DNA of 64,000 nucleotides, from IMG/VR virus record IMGVR_UViG_3300020152_000021, positions 19,868-83,867 of that record; one strand, 5' to 3'. Below are positions 59,169 to 64,000 of this stretch, in pieces. The notes under the pieces were generated by a model. It was not told the origin of the DNA and ran no database searches. It saw nothing but the letters and a program-made list of their open reading frames with translations. Position 1 is the first letter of the stretch. Every line of letters begins with the position of its first letter. Origin of the DNA: a virus. The position numbers and the translations under genes were made by a program.

Positions 59169-61262
59169 ATGACCGATATCATCAACGCCGCACCGATGGT
59201 GGTGGATTTAGGTACTAGAGATCTCAGTACCCGTACTGTTCCCGCTACACCATTGCAGATTCCACAGCATCTACCGAAGTTTTATATTTTCTCTGAGAAA
59301 GGCCCGATGGGTCCTTCTTATATTGACTTCGATAGTGCCTCGTTAACTCAAGTTTATGGTGATGATACTTTTGATGTAAATAAAAAGTATTACACTCACC
59401 AAACGCCGTTCCTGCAAGCAGTCGCTGCTGCTGGCAATAACTGCGTAGTGCACCGTTTAAGCGCACCGGATGCGAAGGACGTTGCTAACGTTGCTTTGTA
59501 TCTTGACGTTCTTCCGACTCAGGTTCCGCTGTATGTGAAGAACTCTGACGGTTCTATCGATCTCGACGAGAGCGGTAATCCTGTCACGCAAAAAGATGGC
59601 GACGGTGCCGTCATGACTATCGCTGGCTATAAAGTGGCATGGGTGCTTGACAAGACTGTTGCTGCTGTTGGTACTTATCAACGTGGTCTTCTGACCCAAC
59701 GTGATGGTATTCAAGTAGACGGCGCAACGCAGTCGACTCAATATCCGATCTTTGAATATGCTGCTGCTGACGCTGGCGAAGGCGGTAACAAGCTTGCTGT
59801 GAAGATGTATGCAGCAATGCAATCGGATATCGTTCCGTTCCAGTCGAACATTCTGCAAGATGGTAAGATGTATCCTTACTACTTCCAGATGGTGAAGATT
59901 GCTGACGCTATCACTGGTAAGACCAATTCCGTTCTGAATAGCTTCGGTGCCGAATACACGAAGTTTGTTACCAAGGACAATGGGATTGATCCGGCTAGTG
60001 GTGCTGTGATTGATCTGGAAAAGGTTATCACTGATCAGTATATCGATCTGCCTGTTAATCTGGCAACTGGTCTTGGTACTGTATATGTGTATCAGAACAA
60101 TCTGGATACTGTTGCTGGTATGTTCTATAACAGTGAAAAGAACCTGGCTGATCCGCATCGTGATAACGTTATCAACAACACGGAAGATAACCGTCACGCT
60201 CTGAATATTCTGTCGTTCACCAGCTCCAATGGTTCGCCGTATCAGTCGATTAAACTCGTTGATACTGCTAATACTATTCGTCTGACTAAGAACACTAACC
60301 TGTTCTTGTCTGGTTCTTCGGATGGCACGATTACTGAAACTCTGCTTGACTCGTTAGTTATCGCTGATATGGATAACTACAATAATAGTCTGCATCAGTA
60401 TAACGACCTCGTGATGCATCCTGAATCGATTATTTACGATAGTGGTTTTGCGCTTGCTGCTAAGAAGGCGATTGCCAAATTCATTTCCCGTCGTAAAGAT
60501 ACCTTCGTCGCTCTGTCTACTTACGCTCACAATGCTCCGTCGACTCAACTTGCTGACCAGTATTCGGTCGGTGTAGCTCTGAAGACTATGATGGAACTGT
60601 ATCCTGAGTCTGCTACTTTTGGCACTCCGGTCATGCGTGGTATCATTGTCGGTGGCTCTGGCTATCTGATTAATTCGTTGTATACTAAGCGTGTTCCGCT
60701 GACCTATGAAGTTGCTTACAAAGCAGCGCGTTACATGGGTGCTAAGAACGGTGCATGGAAGAACGGTTTCTGCTTCGATAAAGCTCCTCTGAGCGTTCTG
60801 ACTCAAATCAAGAATATCGATGTCACTTGGGTGCCGACTTCTACTCGTAATACGCTGTGGGGTGTGGGTCTGAACTTCGTACTGAATTATGAAGTGCGTC
60901 GTCAGTTCTTCCCGGCTCTGCAAACGGTTTATGAGAACGATACTTCTGTTCTGAATAGCTTCTTCACCGCTGTGGCTATTGCATACCTGAATAAGGTGTC
61001 GCACGCTGCGTGGCGTGAATATTCGGGTAGTATTAGTCTGACTAATGCTCAGCTCGAAGAAGCAGTTAATTTGTTCGTAGCTAATCAAGTTAAAGACAAG
61101 TTCGACAACAAGTTTGTTATTGTTCCGAACGCTACTGTTACTGAACTCGATAACCTGCGCGGGTATAGTTGGACTCTGCCGATCAAGCTGTACGCTAACA
61201 ACATGAAGACCGTCATGACGACTTATGTCGAAGCGTATCGTATGACTGATCTGGAAGGTTAA
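59169..61262 (+). CDS. Tail sheath protein (phiKZ gp29-like)
   Basis: About 697 aa; PQHLP, YDSGF, YPESATFGTPVMRG, GYSW..KLYANNMKTV. Confidence 0.85.
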   Translation: MTDIINAAPMVVDLGTRDLSTRTVPATPLQIPQHLPKFYIFSEKGPMGPSYIDFDSASLTQVYGDDTFDVNKKYYTHQTPFLQAVAAAGNNCVVHRLSAPDAKDVANVALYLDVLPTQVPLYVKNSDGSIDLDESGNPVTQKDGDGAVMTIAGYKVAWVLDKTVAAVGTYQRGLLTQRDGIQVDGATQSTQYPIFEYAAADAGEGGNKLAVKMYAAMQSDIVPFQSNILQDGKMYPYYFQMVKIADAITGKTNSVLNSFGAEYTKFVTKDNGIDPASGAVIDLEKVITDQYIDLPVNLATGLGTVYVYQNNLDTVAGMFYNSEKNLADPHRDNVINNTEDNRHALNILSFTSSNGSPYQSIKLVDTANTIRLTKNTNLFLSGSSDGTITETLLDSLVIADMDNYNNSLHQYNDLVMHPESIIYDSGFALAAKKAIAKFISRRKDTFVALSTYAHNAPSTQLADQYSVGVALKTMMELYPESATFGTPVMRGIIVGGSGYLINSLYTKRVPLTYEVAYKAARYMGAKNGAWKNGFCFDKAPLSVLTQIKNIDVTWVPTSTRNTLWGVGLNFVLNYEVRRQFFPALQTVYENDTSVLNSFFTAVAIAYLNKVSHAAWREYSGSISLTNAQLEEAVNLFVANQVKDKFDNKFVIVPNATVTELDNLRGYSWTLPIKLYANNMKTVMTTYVEAYRMTDLEG

Positions 61263-61276
61263 TAGGAGAGTAAATT

Positions 61277-62149
61277 ATGAGTCGTCTTACTGATGCTGTT
61301 ATTAATGGCGCATATACGCGTAGCATAGATCGTCCCATGCTTGATCTCAAGTTTGGTGGACAACAAGGTTGGGCTCCGAACCTGACTGAATGGGTAAGCA
61401 ATCAAGCTTACGTTTCTCGTCCTCTGGTCTGTATCATGCTGGAAGCACCGAAGATGTTTTCGGCGATGCCTGATAGCCAGAAATGGATTTCTAGTCTTAA
61501 GGCTCTGTTTGAACTGCATGCTCGTAGCATCGATGGTTTCAATGCAGGTCTTAAGGTTGATGTTGAAGAGCACGCTATTGGCGGTGCTGGTGAACAACAA
61601 CAAGAAATTGTTAACGTTACTCGTGAACGTTCGCAACCGAAGTTCCAATTTATCGAAAAGTATGGTCGTCCGATTCAAACTTTATTCGATTATTGGATTC
61701 GCTACGGCATGATGGACCCGGATACTAAATTTGCTTTACTCGGTGGTATGGGTAAAACTGAAGTGAAGGATCTGTTAGCTGATTGGTATTCGGCCACCTG
61801 CTTGTTCATGGTTCCCGATCCTCTGCATAAGAAAGTCGACAAGGCTTGGATCACTACCAATATGTTCCCGCTGAGTAATGGTGACATCACTGCAAAACGT
61901 GATCTTACCACTTCGCAGGAAATGTTGACGTTGGATATTGAGTTCTCTGGTATCTCTCAGTTTGGTCTCGGTGTGAATCAATTCGCACAGAACATTCTGG
62001 ATAATATCAATACGCTCAATGCTGATCCGTTTATGAAGCCTAGCTTCGTTACGAAGATCTCTGCTGACGTTGCTGCTGCTAATACCAATGGCTACGAGTC
62101 TCTCGTAGAAAGCGTTGGTAAAAACGCAGTGACCAGTATGGGTAGTTAA
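61277..62149 (+). CDS. Tail tube protein (phiKZ gp30-like)
   Basis: 290 aa directly after the sheath; GGQQGW, EKYGRPI, MMDPDTK, TNMFP. Confidence 0.8.
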   Translation: MSRLTDAVINGAYTRSIDRPMLDLKFGGQQGWAPNLTEWVSNQAYVSRPLVCIMLEAPKMFSAMPDSQKWISSLKALFELHARSIDGFNAGLKVDVEEHAIGGAGEQQQEIVNVTRERSQPKFQFIEKYGRPIQTLFDYWIRYGMMDPDTKFALLGGMGKTEVKDLLADWYSATCLFMVPDPLHKKVDKAWITTNMFPLSNGDITAKRDLTTSQEMLTLDIEFSGISQFGLGVNQFAQNILDNINTLNADPFMKPSFVTKISADVAAANTNGYESLVESVGKNAVTSMGS

Positions 62150-62163
62150 TCTACATTATCAAG

Positions 62164-62198
62164 ACTACTAGAGAGAGCAATCTCTCTAGTAGTTTTTT
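62164..62198 (+). terminator. Intrinsic terminator
   Basis: ACTACTAGAGAGA-GCAA-TCTCTCTAGTAGT plus T-tract. Confidence 0.8.
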
Positions 62199-62284
62199 AT
62201 TTCTATTACTGATACCGTTAGAGGGTTTACCCTCTAGTGATACTTTATACTTTGATTAGAATTCCTTATAATTGGGAGGTTATT

Positions 62285-63073
62285 GTGGATGTGATTAAGT
62301 TTACCGAAACCGTATTTAGCGAAAAGAATAAAAAAGGTGTTCTCGTACCTGATTCTGACGGTTATTATACTGTAGTAGTTGGCGCGTTAAATAGTTATAA
62401 CAGCGCTGGTGAATACTATACTGCGCAAGATGCGTTACAACTGTTTGAAAACTCGTCTCATTTCATGCGTCGTGTGAAAAACGGTGCATTGTATTCTGAA
62501 CTCGGACATCCGAAGAAACATCCGGATATGTCGATGGAACAGTTCTATCAACGAGTAATCTCGATTGAAGAAACCAATATCTGCGCTCACTTTTCTGAAG
62601 TGTGGTTAGACTTCCAATTTGGTAAGAATAACCCTGAATTAAACAACCCAGATCTGATTGCTATTTTAGCTAAAGTGAAACCTGCTGGTGCAAAAGCAAA
62701 TGCATTGCAATTAGCACTGGAAAATCCCAAGCAAAATGCTGCTTTCTCGATTCGTGGTTTGACGGAAAACAAATACGTGAACGGTCGTGTTGAACGTCGT
62801 TTAACGAATATCATTACCTTCGACCATGTTACTGAACCGGGTATTAAGATTGCTGATAAAGTAATGGCCCCTGGTTTAGAGCAACGCATTGCTAGCGAAG
62901 GTTATCAAGTCAGTGAAGCTATTGATACCATTATCGATAAAAGTGTGTTTAAGAAGGTGCTGTCTAATAGCATGTCCCATGTTGGAATGGAGAGTAGCAA
63001 TCGTGAACTCTTCAATGACATTCTGAAGACCTTAGACGGCAAACAGAAAACCAATCGCTTAGCTAATTGGTGA
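62285..63073 (+). CDS. Prohead maturation protease (phiKZ gp175-like)
   Basis: YSELGHP (His), AFSIRG (Ser), TFDHVTEPG (Asp); GTG start after GGAGG. Confidence 0.85.
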   Translation: MDVIKFTETVFSEKNKKGVLVPDSDGYYTVVVGALNSYNSAGEYYTAQDALQLFENSSHFMRRVKNGALYSELGHPKKHPDMSMEQFYQRVISIEETNICAHFSEVWLDFQFGKNNPELNNPDLIAILAKVKPAGAKANALQLALENPKQNAAFSIRGLTENKYVNGRVERRLTNIITFDHVTEPGIKIADKVMAPGLEQRIASEGYQVSEAIDTIIDKSVFKKVLSNSMSHVGMESSNRELFNDILKTLDGKQKTNRLANW

Positions 63074-63078
63074 TCGTT

Positions 63079-63540
63079 ATGAGTTGGCAATGTAAACTGT
63101 TAGACATTGTTGGACTTAAATTTGTACAGCTAGAACCTACTCCTACTTGTAATATAGTTGGTGAGACTCGATTAGTGGATTCTGAAGGTAAAGAATATTC
63201 TTTTAAACAGCTTCCTATAGGAACGATGTTCTATCTTCCTAAAGATGCCGATATGAAAGAATGGCCTTGGTATCTAGCAAAACAAAATCGTATTTCTGAT
63301 TACTATTTCCAACATAACTCTCATCGTCAACCTTTATTCGTTGTTCTTCCTGGACACACTCTTTTTGTAGTAGACGGAAAGTGTTACAGTGGAGAAGAAA
63401 TGTACGGAGGTTGGACAGTCACTGGAGAAGCTCCTAATATCACGGTAAATCCTTCTATTGATATTACTGGTTTCTATCATGGCTTCTTAGCTAATGGTGT
63501 TATTTCTGATGATGTAGAAGGTAGAAAGTTTCCTGTTTAA
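63079..63540 (+). CDS. DUF6527-like protein
   Basis: GWTVTGEAPNITVNPSI...YHGFLANG. Confidence 0.5.
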   Translation: MSWQCKLLDIVGLKFVQLEPTPTCNIVGETRLVDSEGKEYSFKQLPIGTMFYLPKDADMKEWPWYLAKQNRISDYYFQHNSHRQPLFVVLPGHTLFVVDGKCYSGEEMYGGWTVTGEAPNITVNPSIDITGFYHGFLANGVISDDVEGRKFPV

Positions 63541-63542
63541 AG

Positions 63543-63577
63543 ATAAGACTGCTAGGGTAATACCCTAGCAGTCTTAT
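63543..63577. terminator. Terminator-like hairpin
   Basis: ATAAGACTGCTAGGGTA...TACCCTAGCAGTCTTAT. Confidence 0.75.
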
Positions 63578-63586
63578 TCTGTGTTT

Positions 63587-63618
63587 GAATTTTCTATGGT
63601 TACATATATACTAATTGA
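63587..63618 (+). promoter_or_regulatory. Putative phage early promoter, copy 7
   Basis: TTTGAA-N8-GGTTACATATATACTAAT. Confidence 0.65.
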
Positions 63619-63678
63619 TCACGCTAGCATACTTTCACACATAGTGAAGGCTAGTTTACTCTTTGAAAGGAGACGATC

Positions 63679-64000
63679 ATGAAGGCACGCGACATTTCCG
63701 CGTACCTGGCGACCCACGCTGCTTCTACGGTGTGGGCGTTCGGCGTCGTTCGTGAGGATGAATCTGTCCTCGCGTTCGGTACTGAGAATCAACATGGGGA
63801 TAAAACCCGTGTTGGTTCTGTTACCTACCACGGTGTGGAAGGTGACGAGCACTTCTTAGTGCTCCAGTACCCGAACTCGGAAAACGAGTTCAGGGCGCAG
63901 TCGCTGTCGGACTTGGGTTGGTTTCTTTGGAAACTGGCGCAGACCGGTGGTGACTGGGAAACTGCATCCGATTGGATGCGTTCCCATTTAACTACAGGTG
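63679..64000 (+). CDS. Hypothetical protein, partial (runs off the window)
   Basis: RBS AAAGGAG, ATG 63679, MKARDISAYLATHAASTVWAFG..., open to the window end. Confidence 0.65.
   Translation, partial: MKARDISAYLATHAASTVWAFGVVREDESVLAFGTENQHGDKTRVGSVTYHGVEGDEHFLVLQYPNSENEFRAQSLSDLGWFLWKLAQTGGDWETASDWMRSHLTTG

Noticed and set aside
1-64000. tRNA or rRNA genes
   Set aside because: No cloverleaf or T-loop signature noticed in the intergenic gaps by eye; a tRNAscan run would be needed to exclude them.

Overview
AT-rich segment of a phiKZ-like (Chimalliviridae-type, probably nucleus-forming) jumbo phage genome. It holds a partial terminase large subunit, a virion RNA polymerase beta subunit, a tail/fibre module, the conserved SbcD to non-virion RNAP to helicase block (phiKZ gp65-gp75 order), an accessory region, DnaB-like helicase, thymidylate synthase, tail sheath, tail tube and prohead protease. 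The standout is at 47.8-49.3 kb: a 290-aa Nop-domain (IS110-C-terminus-like) gene with no RuvC domain, followed by a 13-unit dual-repeat array of about 36 nt (9-nt repeat, spacer, second 9-nt repeat, spacer) and a terminator. This fits a nuclease-less TIGR-Tas RNA-guided system, behind a putative phage early promoter. Also notable: three tail-collar proteins with Kelch propellers inserted inside the collar domain, a Calx-beta/RTX adhesin-like gene, a bipartite promoter motif (7 copies), a structured intergenic RNA candidate, a TraR/DksA-like gene and a frameshifted virion gene. Product names and phiKZ gp numbers come from recalled motifs and gene order; no database searches were run.
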